DNA from: Camelus ferus
Taxonomy: Eukaryota
Assembly: GCF_009834535.1 (NCBI RefSeq)
Contig: NC_045696.1
Span: 48,858,001 to 48,922,000 of the forward strand
DNA length: 64,000 bases
Direction of reading: 5' to 3'
A program made the translations under genes and the position numbers. Shown here in pieces: positions 38,785-52,719 of the stretch. The first letter of the stretch is position 1. The number at the start of each line of letters is the position of its first letter. Under the pieces are notes generated by a model. It made no database searches, was not told the origin of the DNA, and was given only the letters and a program-made list of their open reading frames with translations.

Positions 38785-39020
38785 GAGTGGTTAAAAGCAT
38801 CAGCTCTGAAGCTGGATGATTTTAGCTCAAATCCTGATCATTCACTTTACTGACTGTGTGACTACAGGCAAGCTACTCTAATCAATCTGTGTGCCTCAGT
38901 TTCCTCAGCTGTACACAGAAATGTACACTTACCTCATGTGGCTGTGGGGATTAAATGTACATATTTTTTAAGTACTTACACACCACTGTGTCTAGCACCC
39001 AGAAAGAACTTGTGTTTGTT
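38785..39020 (+). mobile_element. MIR, near full length
   Basis: 'agtggttaaaagcatcagctctgaagc...ctgtgtgactacaggcaagc...gtgcctcagtttcctcagctgta'. Confidence 0.85.
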
Positions 39021-40289
39021 AAAGAAATAAAATTAATTCAGCAGACAAACATAAGGTATGTAAACACCTTTGAAATATTGCCTAAAATACTAATAAGGAG
39101 AAATCTAAACAAAATGACAAAGACATCTTATAATCTGTAAAATATATACTAAGTAATATGGAATAAACCTCAAATTTCTTGAAAATTTTAGATAATATGG
39201 GTAACACGAGTTTTATCACTTCTTTGGTCATTAAGATATTGCATTAAAAATTATTCTATTGGATAAAGTTCAAAAAATCTCATGCTTCCTTACATAGCTA
39301 GTGTGTCTTCTCTGAAATTAAGTTTAATGTTTCCAACAACCCATAAAATATTGCTTAAAACCTTTTAAGTAAACCATTAATTGCATTTAAAGTGTTCCAG
39401 GAGGGCAGTGCCATATACTAGTCACAGAAAAGAAAAATTATAAATTCTATAAATCCCACAAAAGTTTGAAAGTTCCCAGAGATCAGTAAGTTCTGTGCTC
39501 CCTAAACTCTAGCACTTTCTTTTCAGGCTATGTCTTCATCAGATGTCTGTGTCCATCTAGAAACAAAAGATTATGACACCCAATTTTGATAAAAAATGAA
39601 TAACCTAAGAAAGATTTTGATGACTAGGCCTCATAATGACCTTATTGGTTATTATTTACTTGTTTGCTATGTTCCTTATTTTTTAAAAGTTTACAAGACC
39701 GGAATTTCAAAGTAAAATATTGATAAAATCAATGCAAAAAAAAAAAAAAAAGGCTGCCATTTACCTTCCTTCATCAAAGTATCATTTTAAGTTTCAGCTG
39801 TTTACCACACTAATGAGATGTTTGGAGAAGCCCTCCAAAGCCCAGAGACTTTTTCTCCTCTCTAATTTTTGGGAATACATTTGAAAAAATCCAAATAGTA
39901 CCAAAATAAAGAAAAATCACCACATGATTAGTGAGGCTAAAAACATCATGTTAAAAAAGAAAAAAAGCAGGGCCCTGTTATTTGAAAGTGAATAAAAAAA
40001 TTTTCTGTCTGTACTCGCACAAAAGCCCAGAAGTAGAGAGTGAAATGTTCTGTACACTTCTGCATACAATTTGCAAAATTCCCAAATTATCACAGAGTGA
40101 TCATTTCCTAACCGTATTCCCCCACCAGCATCCTTCCTTCCCCCTAGAGGAATCAACTGCCCATCTAATTAGTGTTGTTGTCAGATATGCTGTGACTGTG
40201 CTTAACTGCTTAGGAGGAGCATTGAGCAGCCAAGGGAAGATGAAGCAAACTTTGTGAAAGAAAGGATGTTGAATGAAAACCCTCAGCAT

Positions 40290-40720
40290 ACCTACGGTCT
40301 AAACTCACTGACTTGGTCACGAAATGAGCTTAAGGGAAAAGGGAAATTTATTGGAAGCAAAACAAGGCTATCTCCTGAAATTCAAGGTCAAAATATGCAG
40401 CTGGGCCTTGTGAGAGACTAGAACCAAGAACAGGAAAGTCAGCAGGAGCCAACACAGCTGCTATTTCCATCATTTTTGTTTTCTCAGGGAAGCAAGATCT
40501 AACTTCTCTCCTTCCTGCTGCAGACTGGCTTCATCCTTCAATCTTGACGTGGACCAGTTTCCTAAATTCTGCTTACAAATGGACCCCTGACTATTGTCAT
40601 CACAAATTCCTTGCAGGGAGAATCTGATCAGAGGAGACACGCTTCCAGATTGGTTCTCTTGGTGCCATGAGTGTTGGCCATTGGGATTACAGAAATAGTG
40701 CCTAATAAGGATCATGGCAA
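40290..40720. mobile_element. Old MLT1 (J/K-like) LTR remnant
   Basis: 'agcttaagggaaaagggaaatttattgga...gggagaatctgat' resembles MLT1K/J. Confidence 0.5.
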
Positions 40721-40728
40721 TAGCTTAC

Positions 40729-40953
40729 ACGAGAGTTGGTAACTTTTTTTCAGTAAAGGGCCAATATAGTAAATATTTTAGCCCTTGGGATCCATGTATT
40801 CTCTGTCAAAACTACTCAGCTCTGCTGTTGTAGCACAGAAGTAGTCCGAGACAATACATAAATGAGTAGGTGTGGCTGTGTTTCAACAAAAGTTTATTTA
40901 CAAAAATATGTGTTGGGTCACATTTGTTCCACAGGCTGTAATTTACTGACCCC
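40729..40953. mobile_element. MER58A (hAT-Charlie)
   Basis: 'gtaaagggccaatatagtaaatattttag...aactactcagctctgctgttgtagc...ggctgtaatttactgacccc'. Confidence 0.9.
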
Positions 40954-42049
40954 ACATCCACAGCGACACTATGAGCAGGAGACACTTTTTAAGACAGGGC
41001 TGGAGCAGGTTGGAAAGGGTGATCATCTCTAGTAAACACACCTAACACTGAGCTTTGGAAGCAGAGACCGGCAAAGTGCGGGGTAACCTGAAACACGCAG
41101 CACGACTGGCTGCTAAGTTGCAAAGCATCAGCATTACATTCAGAGAAGGCGTTCATTCTAGTAATAAAATTCTCAGCCCAGGAACACGCCTGTATCCCCT
41201 CAGGAGAAACAGGGAAGAGAGAGCTCAGAAGGAAAGTAACCATTTCAGCAGACTGAGTTGGAATAAAGAGAACCATCCTAATATAGGAGGGATAGATTTT
41301 CAGAAATACATGCCTAGATACAAACTCCTATCTAGCTACTGCACTGCTGGGAATTGCGTATTGTGGAGAAAGTGGTAGGTAAACTCGTAAGGCGATGTTG
41401 GAGAACAATGCAGTAAGTAATTTTAAAGTCTTATTTTGAGCTAGAAAAAGAGGGTATAAATACTGCATGAACTTGTATTCTGAAGTGATATTCCATCCAT
41501 TTCAGCAAACCAGATACTCCGTGTCTAGTGGCACCTGAAGCAAGGTGTGATAAGGATGAAGAGGAGACAAGGACACCACTGGAGCAGTCACCCCAACAGC
41601 CTTGGAAGAGCTGAAAACAAGGGCTAAAAGGCATGCTTGTTTATCACTTTCCCTAAGCTGCTAGTGTGACCCAAGGGGTTCTGCAAGAATGGGTATGATT
41701 TCTTCAGCACTTGCTGCAGCCCAGACACGGCCAGCAAGCCCCAGCTCTGTGATCACTGGAGGACGACAATCAGAGATGGATTTCAGTGACCTCTCTCGGC
41801 AGCAGTTTTCCTCTGTGCCTTCAATGATTTTAACCGATTCACTGGTTTGCAGTTATCTCCCTGGCAGGCCCGTTCTTCCCCTCTCTGCCCTAGAGGTAGG
41901 CTGGAAAAGAGAGGGTGGCAGCAACCACTGAAGCAGGTGGGTGTCACAAGTATCTTAAAAAATATTATATACTTTATATTTAAAAAAATCAAACACTCAA
42001 AAACAAATGGCTTCCAAATATATTTTCCACAGTCTGGCGGCCACAGAGC

Positions 42050-42270
42050 ATAGTGGCTAAAAACAAGCCCGGATTTTGTGTCTTAGCACGAGCCAGCTGT
42101 AGAACCCAGAGTTACTTATTCTCTCTCGGCAGCCTCATTTTCTCATCTGACAAATGGCAGTGAGTACTCACTACCTCATAGAACTGTTGTGCCTCTTAAA
42201 TGAGAAAATGCATAAAGAGCTGAGTTTAGCATACTTGTGTTTATCTCAAATGCTGATTACTACTATATTA
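42050..42270 (+). mobile_element. MIR
   Basis: 'gcctcattttctcatctgacaaatgg...ctacctcatagaactgttgtg'. Confidence 0.75.
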
Positions 42271-42909
42271 TCGTTAACAACTAGGTACAGACAGAAGTTA
42301 AAGAGAGATGAAAGCATCACTGTGATATATGTGAGACAATCAGAGCTCAGAAATGTTGAAGGGCATTTTATTGTTCTCTGAGCCAGTGCCTACAAAACTC
42401 CAGGCTTGGCTACTTCTCGGCCAGAAGGAAAACAGGGATAACCAGTTTCACTTGTCACTATCTCACACGCTCCCCTATTTGTGGTAAGTTTCATTTTACC
42501 ATGCCATGGGATTCTTTAATGAACATTAAATCACCCCTTCATTATTTGGCGAATATATCCTCTCTCAGGGCACCCCATGTTACACACTTGAGGGACAATC
42601 ATGGCAGAAACACTGACCCTGTCCCCCCGGGGGATTATTGTCCAAACCGCAGGTATGTCTTGCTGCAGAGTGCCTTGGAGCTCGCTTGTTTACTGGGAAA
42701 GGGTGTTTACTTTTTCCCAGGGAAGATGAGCAAGATATTTTCTTACTCATCTGTTTACTGCAGAGATGTCATAGTAGGTATGATATTTCAGATCATAAAC
42801 TCAGGGGACAACAAAAGGAGGTGACTTTATTTTTCTATAAATGAACTTAGTTTCCATGTTGAGACCTCTTTTTGTCAGGTAGTAGAAAGGTCATCTTGGT
42901 TAGTCTGGA

Positions 42910-43420
42910 GTGAACTCCAGTCATCTCAGGGTTTCCTCTTTTGCTCTTTCCCATGAAGTTTCATTTCTTTCCCTGGACTTCATGGCCTTAATTGATCTGG
43001 AGAGGAGAGTTGTCTTGTCCCTGGGAGCTCTCTTTCCACTCTGGCATTCACTGAAAGATTTATTATCACATTGTCACTTCCTCCATTACTGCACTCTTAA
43101 CACCACCGACAACTGCAGGATTATCCACCTTTCCATCTGATACCCAGCTGCACAGTCATCCTTCCATCAAGACTTCATCAAATCTATGAGCCCTCTCACT
43201 ATCATTTAAACGCTTCCCAGATTTACAAAAAACTATTGCCTACCCATGCTAAGGCTGTCTCAGAACCTCTCTATTCAATATCCCTTGAAACTCTCTTTCA
43301 TGGAGATTTGACATCAATGATAATACAGGAAAATCTGCAAGGCTGCCATTCCCAGGGCTCCCAGACAACAAGTGAGCACAGGGCTCCTTTCCTCTCATAT
43401 CCCTGAATCTACAAAAGAAT
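42910..43420 (+). mobile_element. Degraded L2-type ORF2 endonuclease region
   Basis: 'SLDFMALID' ~ SLHLLALTE, 'LLSHCHF' ~ LLAPHCRF, and 'catggagatttgacatc' ~ GDFNI with frameshift. Confidence 0.45.
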
Positions 43421-43960
43421 TCTATTGATCTTGCCAACCATGGAGGCAGAGGGAGGGTCCTTTCTCGGAGATCCATACCAGCAACTCTTTCTATTGCTTT
43501 TCTTCTTGCAGTTTCACTATTTCTTTTGCACTCTCCTAGAGCTCTTTTATCCCAAAATCATAGAATTTTCATCTCTACTGGTGCAGGAAGAATTTGTATC
43601 AGATTTGTATCAGGAAGTATTCTTCCAACTCTATTGTTTTATTCGAGGTCCTTAGCTTCTGAAGCTCAAAAGTCAATAAATAAATAACCGTTTTCTTCAT
43701 TTTATCTACTTGGAGAGTTTATGTGTTTTACCTAAGTATCCCAATGAAACAGTGACACAGGGCAAAATAAATTTTCAAGGATGACAAAATAACAAACTCT
43801 TATTCTGCTATAATGTTGAGAAGAAAAATCCTCTTTGAGAAAATAGGGCAAGTGTTAGAATACTTGCAATCAGAGGAGGCAGGTCCATCATACCTTCATG
43901 TCAAGATAACGATGGAACATTTTCTCACCATAAACTCTAGATCTTAAGGTCTATACCAAG

Positions 43961-44413
43961 TGCTTGGGTTGAATTGTGTCTCCCCAAAAAGGTATGTTAA
44001 AGCCCTTACCCTGCTACCTGTGGATATATCCTTATTTGGAAATAGGGTCTTTGCAGATGTAATCAAGAAGATTAGGCCATGAGTATGGGCCCTAATCCCA
44101 AATGACTGTTGTCCTTAAAAGAAGAGGAGAAAAGACACAGAAGTACTGGCACATAATGGGAGAATACCATGTGGTAAAGTAAACAGATTGATATACTGTA
44201 GCTGTAATCCGAGAAATGCCAAATATTGTAGCCACCACCAGAACCTAGGAAGAGGCAAGGAACTGTTCTTTCCTAGATCCTTTGGAGGGATCATGGCCCT
44301 CCTGCACACTGACTTTGGACTTCTTTCTTCCAGAACTGTAAGACAACACATCCCTGTTCATCTAAGTCATTCTGTGTGGTATTTTGTTATGATAGACCTA
44401 AGAAACCCAGGTG
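43961..44413 (+). mobile_element. MLT1C-like solo LTR
   Basis: 'gggttgaattgtgtctcccc...ccttatttggaaatagggtctttgcagatgtaatcaag...ccagaactgtaagacaa'; TSD ccaag at 43956-43960 and 44414-44418. Confidence 0.9.
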
Positions 44414-45839
44414 CCAAGCTCAGCCCCTCAAGGGTTGCTCATTTGAAAGGATATAAGTTTCAAAGAAATTGGCTCATACTATCTAAGTTTCCTTGACTCC
44501 TCATTAATTTCTAGAAAACTGAAAGAAAAAAAAAAAAGCCCTAGACAAATGCAGCAAGCTGATTTTAATGATTCTCCTCGGGGCTGCACTGCCTGGAGTC
44601 CCGTGCGGAAGACAAACAGTAAGACACAGGCAGCTCTAGAATTAAGGCGGAGTTGCTGTGAGCAGCCACGGTCGTGATCCCTGTGGGAAGGTGGGGAGAG
44701 AACAGCTGCAGTAGCAAAAAAGGGTCCCAAAGTCAACAGAAAAGGAATGGCCTGAAACCAAAATGCACAGCACACCACAGACCATAAGGAGGAAACAGGT
44801 TTGGGAGGCAAATCCTCAAAATAAACTTTGAAACAGATGCCAGGGAAGACAGAGACTTCCCCTGAGCCTGTGAGGTGAAGGCAGCTGTGCCACACACCAA
44901 GCCATTTCGGCTAAGCTCACTTGCTGAGGTCTGACACTCACCAATGGGTCACTCACTTCTGTCAGGTCCAAAACCTGGGCATTTGGTTCATAGAATTATA
45001 CCATCCTGAGAAAAATTTCTCAAGCTTCCTGAACCCCAGAGACTAATTACTACAAGAATGGCAATTTATTTATTAACTTTCTATGAGAAATATATTGTTC
45101 ACTGATGCCTTTTCTTCCCACTGGGAAAAACTACTTGAGAAAACTAAATAAACTTCCAAAGCTATTAGTGAAAACAAAACTAAGACACAGGAAATTACAT
45201 GGCTGTAAGGAATTTTTCATCAGACCGTAACATTCTGATGAATCATCTCTCTCCACAAAAAGGATACACCTGTCAAGAGAAGAGCAATGGTTGCGACAAG
45301 TCCCAGAGGTCCCTTCCCGTGAAAGCCCTCCCCTGACTTCTGCTTGACAACGTTGGATACAGAACCGCTGTATTTTGTAGTATATGTTCCTCTCTTTCAA
45401 GTACACTTCAGAGAATGGTATAGATATTTTTTAAACTGTATTAAACGGTGTGTATTTTGAATGGCTTATATTTGGAACACATCAAACATACAGGCATCAG
45501 TAATGAGGGCAAACGTTCCCAGACTTAGGTATGCTGTACCTTCTTGGCTTCGTTGGTGCTCTTTCAGGCTCACTTGGGACCATAGCTCTCTTTTTTTCAA
45601 AATGTAACCATCAAATAAGGACAAAGGAAGTAAACGGCTCACTCCTAGGAGGGATTTTCACCTGGCTGCTGCAGTCAGGTGGGTCACCTCTCCCATTCTA
45701 CAGATGATTCTGTTGAAAAACCAAGCCTGGTCAACAGGGATTTGAAGGCACTCTCTGCAAGATGGTTCCAAACAGACTTTCACTAATCTTTATTTTCAGA
45801 GTCTGGACTGAAGGAGTCATTTTCTTCAGAAGAATTAAC

Positions 45840-46760
45840 ACAGCATCTCAATTGTTGGAGCACCTCACGGCTCAGTCATGGGCCCTCGGTACCTCACTTT
45901 TTAAACTCTCTACCTAGGTAGTATCATGGAGTCCCATCACTTCAAATACTATCTATATGCTGATGGGTATGTTGCTCTATGTCTGACCTCTCCAATAAAG
46001 CCAGACTTCTATATCCAATTCTCTGCTTGACATTTCCAGTTGATTGCTGCCCTGTGACTCGGCTTTACATTTCCAAATCAGAAATCGTAATCCAGGATAC
46101 TCTCCCTGCCAAAACTGTACCTACACTGATATTCTCCATCCCAGTAAATGACACCTCCACTCATCTATTTCACCTGTCCTAAAACTCAAGTGTACCCCAG
46201 ATACTGTCACTAAGTAAGTCCAGTCAATTATATTTCCAAATTATACCTCCCTCATAGTTACTCGTCTTCTCCATGACACCATTCTCTATCACTTGGACTT
46301 CTATAATAGCCTCTTTTCATCTTAGAGTTCATTTTCCGCTCATTCACCAAAGTGACTTTTTTTTAAAATTTAAAACATCATGTCATTACTAAAGCCATCC
46401 AGTTGCCTTCCCTTTGTCCCTAAAATAAAATCATAATCCCATATGGCATTGCATGACCTGGCCTTTGCCTGTTTCTCCAACAGACACCCCTTTAATGTAA
46501 TGCGTCTGTTCTTGGCTACAATGAGTTTGCTCCTGCCTCAGGGCATTGATACATGCTATTTCTTTTGCCTGGACTGTCCTTGTTTACTGCTACATTGCTA
46601 AGCGTGCCACACTAGTACCAATTTGTCTGGGAATTCCCCAGTTTTAGAACCAAAAATCCCATGTCTTCAGAACTGCTTCATTCCTAGGCAACGTAGGAAG
46701 GTTGTTCATCCTATGACTGAGTATATGTACTCAACAAATATTTCTTACATAAATGCACTT
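45840..46760 (+). mobile_element. L2 ORF2 3' region and 3' end, interrupted by MER81
   Basis: 'gtcccatcacttcaaatactatctatatgctgatg' (YHLYADD-like RT motif remnant); 'gtactcaacaaatattt'. Confidence 0.8.
46600..46713. mobile_element. MER81-like (hAT-Blackjack)
   Basis: 'tttgtctgggaattccccagttttagaaccaaaaatcccatgtc...ggaaggttgttcatccta'. Confidence 0.7.
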
Positions 46761-48659
46761 AGTAACAAGGCCAGTAAAAATAATTTTTCAATATTGAGGA
46801 CAGTAATTTCCTATTACAGAAAAAAAAACCCAAAAACCAACCAACCAAACAAACAAAATGCCTCTACAACTTAATGAAAGCTCCAGGCTGCTCTATTAAT
46901 GAAACTTAAAAACAGTTTGCAAAGATAAAAGTTAAAACTGGTTGTCTACAGTTTCACTGGAAATGGAGAAATTAAAATAAGTTTACAACAAAATATTCAA
47001 AGTTAAAATAAGATCCTGTAAACAAGGAAAGCTAATGGAAAAAACAAATAAACCCATCAAAAACGTTTATATTAGAATCCATAACTAGACCTACATTTCC
47101 TAAAATGTGGTCTGATGAAATAATTCTATAATATGCAGGAAAGGAGAAAAAACTTGGGGCTGCAGAAGACACAACATCTTCCTCTTTGAAGTTCACAATA
47201 CATATTAGTGTATTTGAGGGCTCTGAGAAGTCAGGGAGGAAAGACAACTTCTTAACCTTGATTAAGCCAGAATTTTACATCTTGGACTATGGAATACTTT
47301 TTATGTGTAACATTTATTCATAAACTATAGCATTTAAGAATACATTTTGGGAAATGCTGCCATAAACCACAGAGGCTCAACCATCTATTAGGATCCACCA
47401 AGAAATTTCAAAGCCTAACCTGGTAGATATCCAAGCTCTGTCCCAATCTGTCTCTTCCTGGTTTGCAGAGATTTGCAGCAGGCAAAGAAGTGCTAATGGC
47501 AATACCATTCCTTTAAGATGGACTTACTGTCAGTAGCACCAGCCCTGTGATCTGAGGTCGAAGGAAATTAAGGCAGCTCTTCATGAAAATGGGCAAAATG
47601 GAATCCTCACCAGCTGGAATTGATGAAAAATGCAATAAATGACATGGAACCTATAAACAATTTGATTATGAAGAGGCAGATACTTGGCTAAATCTCTATC
47701 AAAAGAAGTTAAAAGTCAGTTTGCAAGATTCAAAAGAAGAATGAAAATATAGGGTTCACTGCTCTGTAATTAAGTTCAAAACCACAGTAATGTGATGGGT
47801 TATTATTATTATTTACTAATAAAATTACTGAACCATATAACTGAGTATCATCAAAGATTTGTGGAGGGTCACCAAAAAAGACAGGGTGATCATTTTGGAA
47901 GGACTTAGTATTCAATTTTTAAAAAAGGAGTGAATCAAGATATACTCTGTCTGAGGGCAACAGGCTGGGGTGGCATTTAGTAAATTAAGCTTTGATTAGT
48001 AGAGCACACAATTCAGGGAAGTCAGTTGGGACAAAAAATATTTGAAAGAACTCTTCTTTGTCTGAAGATGAGAATGAAAGATAAAATAGTGATAAACAAA
48101 AAAAAAAAATGATACATGAAATGAATTGCTATTTCCAGACAAAACTAAGTGGTTTAAAATTCAGAATGAGTAATAGATTGCTGTAAATATTTTAAGGGGA
48201 AAAAGAAAAAGAGTCCATGTAAGCTCCTTAATAAATGAGGACTATTAGATCCATGATGGGTAAAACGCTGAGCCACTGAATTTGTTTTAATTGTCTTGCA
48301 GGTAAAGAATGAAAGGAAAGTTTTCAGGAGAGGGAAGGTACAATATAAGAATTATGTGGTCCCTTCGGGAAGATGAGGGGTACATATTAAGTAAAGGATA
48401 AAGGTCAGGCCAGGATGGGGGAGGTTGTGATGTGTTTAATATAAACTGTATTTACTCAGCGATCTCAGAATTCTAATTTCTGATTATTGAAATTGATTCA
48501 AAAGTTGCCCTGTTCCCCACAAACTATGTGGAGGACAGGGTTTGCTAAGCAAATTACGAGTGTAAACAAAACTTAAAAAAACATTGTTTAAACAAATCTG
48601 GCAGGTGCTTTGCTTGGCAACCTTTGGTTGGCCGTTAGCTGGTGTTACTAATTAACCTG

Positions 48660-49925
48660 CCCCTTCTGCCTTCTGCTCTCTTCTCTTCACAGTCTCTCCC
48701 TTGGAGAGTGAGTGCATCTATTCTTGTGACTTCCACTAGCATCTCTTTGCTAATGACTCCCGAACTTACGTTTCTATCTCTCAATCCTGTCTAAGTGCTA
48801 GCCTCACAATTTCAAAAGCTAAATCAAATTCTGTGTGCATTAAGCCAAATTCATTGTGTTTTTTCCCCAAAACTGCCACCTGCTGTAATTTCCTTATGTT
48901 TGTCAATGGCACAATCCTTCAGCCAAGCAATCAGCCTTAGTACTTGGAGCAACTTAAAGTTACTTTCATCCTCACAGCTTAAATTCCTAAATTCTCCATT
49001 TCCGTAACCACACCCATCCTAGCCTATAGACCCATTGACTTATCCTGGAATGTCACCTAAGGTCTCTGACTCTTACTCTTCCCCAATATACATACCTCTC
49101 TATGTGTAGCTTTAATTTTCTCAGTCCTCTCATCAAAAACTGTCATTTCCTACCTGCACCATAACTTCTCAGATAGTGTAACAAAGGTAATAAAAGCATG
49201 GATTCTGGAGCCAGACTGCTTGAATTCAAACCCCAGGCCAGCAACATCTTAGCTGTAAGGCCTTGGCAAATGATTCAAACCTTCTGTGCATCAATTTCCT
49301 CCTCTTTAAAATGATAATAATGGTAACTACATCATAGTGTAACAAGGATTAAATGGGTTAATATATTAAAAGCATTTAGAACAATGCCTGTCAAACAGTT
49401 AATATGCAATAAATATTAGCGATTATTATGACAAAACTTCTCTGTTTAATTCTCAAGGTTCCCTAAATCAAACTTCATCTCAATCTAATAACCTTATTTC
49501 AGCTGACTTTATAACATGAACTTCCATTCATTAAGCTGGGCCACTTCACCATTAGATAAGAACACGTGATCTCTTGCCTCCACGCCTTCCCTCCCAGGAA
49601 CATCTTGTGTTTCCCATCCCTCAATGCCCACTGGCTCCTATCCTCCACCCGCCACAGCACCTCTAGCCTAATGGTCAGTCTGTTGGCTGGGATTCCCCAG
49701 GCATTTATGGGTTAACAGTTTGGATTTTAATTATATAATCTTTTATAAGAGTTTACTCTTGTTTCTTTTGTATGATTCTTGTTTTCATTGCTACACAGCC
49801 TGGACTACAGTCAGACAAACTAACTTCCTGAACTCAGCCAGTAATTCAAGCACTGTGTCCTTATTGCCTCCATTCATCAGACAGCACCTGGCATATATGA
49901 CAGATAAACAAATGAATGAGGAAAA
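48660..49925 (+). mobile_element. L2 remnant with a nested MIR (~49170-49430)
   Basis: L2 'catctctttgctaatgactccc'; MIR 'ggattctggagccagactgcttgaattcaaaccccagg'; L2 tail 'cagcacctggcatat...aaatgaatga'. Confidence 0.75.
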
Positions 49926-52719
49926 ACAAAAAGGAAGTATGGAGGAGTATATTATCAAAAAGGTGCATTTCAACTAATGTTCAATAACTCCAGGCTGCAG
50001 CCTGTCTTTCCTTCTTGCTGGATCCCAGAACAGTGCTGAGAGAAGCAAATGAGAGCGGCAGGGGAGGGGCTGATCTGATCAACAACCTTGTGGTAGACAG
50101 TTTACCTAAACTATCTCATTGAACCCCTGTGGGGTGGGTATTATTAACATCATTTTATAAAGAAAGAGTTTACTTTAAAAAAGGAATAAAACTGGGAAAA
50201 GGGCACTCCACAGGGAAACACATTTCTTTCCACTACCCCATACTACTTCCCTTATATATTCTTCTTCTCAGTAAATAATTCTGTTAGTTCAGTTTACTGT
50301 GTATACTTGAAAATAAGATCCACATTTATTTTAAAATATGCATGTATTATCATGCTATACTACCTGCTCTACAATGTTTAGGGAATTAATGCTTTATATT
50401 TCAGAAATTTTAACAATTTATTCATAATTTTCCCCCATATGATCCAAATTGGTAAATTTTCAGTGAGCTTAATAAGCTAAAATCTGTTGGTTTATGCTTT
50501 TTTGTGTCTTTATCTAATTTTCTTAAACATCTGCATTTGATGCACTAGGCGTCACTAATTAGAGCAGCAGCTATCAGTTAAAGACACTGATCTTTAAGTT
50601 GCAAACTTAAAACAACTCGTGGGCAAATTAACAACTTAGTGATTATTGCTTAAATACGAGTTTTGAAGAAATTACCTAATTCACTCTATAGCTCAAAAAT
50701 TAGATGAATTAGAGAAAAATGTCAACAAATTACAAAGGAGAAATGCAAATAAACTTCACAATATGTTAAAAGCAAGAGCAATAGTAGCAATTACCACGAG
50801 ACAGAATAATGTAGGCAGAGAGAGCGCTGGACAAACAAAGCCGAGTCTGCAAACTAGCTGAGCTATGTAACATAGCCCTATGTAACACTGAAAAAATCAT
50901 TTTACCTCTTTCACTAAATGTCACCAGTCATTCATGACATATTACTAATTTGCATGTGTGCATATATGTGTATTCTATTTACTCTATTTACCGGTACATA
51001 AGATAAAATTATTTACAAATATAAATATATTAATAAGATTACATATATAATATCTACATGTTTGATTTGTAAAGCATAAAGGGATATTAAATGGCAAACA
51101 CAAATATAAATATTAATTGAAAGATTAGAGTTCCCAGAAGAAAATAATATAAAAGCTTTATGTAGCAATAAGATTTTTTAAAAACAATGGAGTCGAATAC
51201 AAAGAATTTTTTTAAAGTCATTATTGGAAAGTAATCAAATTACTTGATGAATTATAGTGTGTTTTAACCAACACTTCTTGAAACAATGCTACAAAATTTT
51301 TACAGGGAAATATTCAGTTTCAGATGACTGAATACAACATAGCTTGAAAACCATTTAAAGGACATCTTCACATGGTGAGAAACAGAAGTTAAAAAGGGAA
51401 GACTTTTATAAAATAATGTGACTCATAGAGCTGGATTCAAGTTCTTTCTGACATTCAAATATTTTTAAAGACTGTTGCCAAGTTCTGTCCTCAAACACAA
51501 GGAAAATCACAGTAGACAGCAAGAGAAAAATAATAGATGTCTTTTGCACATAATATCAGTCAGGAAAGCACAGAGGAGTCCCAAACTCTAAGTGTCACTT
51601 TAAGTGATATGACTTCAATTTAAATCCTAGAGAATTTACCAGAAGTATTTCCCATGATTCATCTTTGTATTATTTCTCATATGAGCCACCCTTATTTAAT
51701 CTCATAATCTCTTTAGCCTATTCTTTTGAATAGTTCTTCCATAAAAGTAGGGGAAAGGGAGGAAATGAACAATCATTTCTAGATGTCTTGTCTATTGTCA
51801 ATGCTTGAAAATTACAGTGGTCTTTAATATCCTTTCTTCATTTGCTCAACAGCAAAGACTCATGAGAATTAAACAATTGTTGATGGAAAGTTCACAGTCA
51901 TCCCATTTATAACATCTCTACTTGCTCTGGAGGCCCCACCTATGCATTAAAAAAAAAAAAAGCTTCTTATGGGAAAGTCTGCTTTGTAAAGGTTATGGGT
52001 ATTTCGTGAGAAAAACAAAGACAGATAATTTGCATCAATCAAAATATAGTTTTTATAATGTATCCTTTCAAATTTCAAGTTTTTGTCTCAAACTTTATTC
52101 TGAAGGGGGAAAGACTTAGCAGTTAACCTCAAACAGAGCTGAATGTTATCATTGTGCCTGTCAGGGTGGAGGTGAATTAAGAAGAAAAGCACCAAATGGC
52201 CAGTTTATGAAAAGCAGGGAAAGGAAGGAACGAGTGGGTGAGAAGTAGTTGGTCGCAGCAGAGGAGACAGAACTGACTAAATCTTCTCCCACATGTCACA
52301 GTTAGCAGCTGATGATGCCCTTTGTTTTCCTTCACAAGGAGAAGGCACATTTTGCTCATTAAATCATCTGCTAGTGGCTTGGCTTTTGCTTCAAAAAGGA
52401 AAAAAACTTATTTGTGTTGAAAGTAACAAGATGGATCCATGAAAGGCAAACAGCTTACTTGAGACTCTTTCCAAAGTGCACATGGAAAGAAATACTCTGG
52501 CAGAAGTAGAATGCATGAGCCAATTCAATAATTCATGATTTAAAGACTTCAAGTTTTTAGTACCACTGGCATAAAAGAGCAGATCAATTCTGTGACATCT
52601 TTGTTAGAAAACAGTAATGCTTTTTTTAACCTGTATACGAGGCTGGTCTGTTACAACTTCCTGTCCATCCATAGTTTTCCCACCTTTCTTGAACTGTGAC
52701 TTGAAATTGTCTAGAATAG

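Noticed and set aside
45216..45242. 9-bp inverted repeat with tgatga (C-box-like)
   Set aside because: No matching D box or terminal stem for a snoRNA; chance-level.
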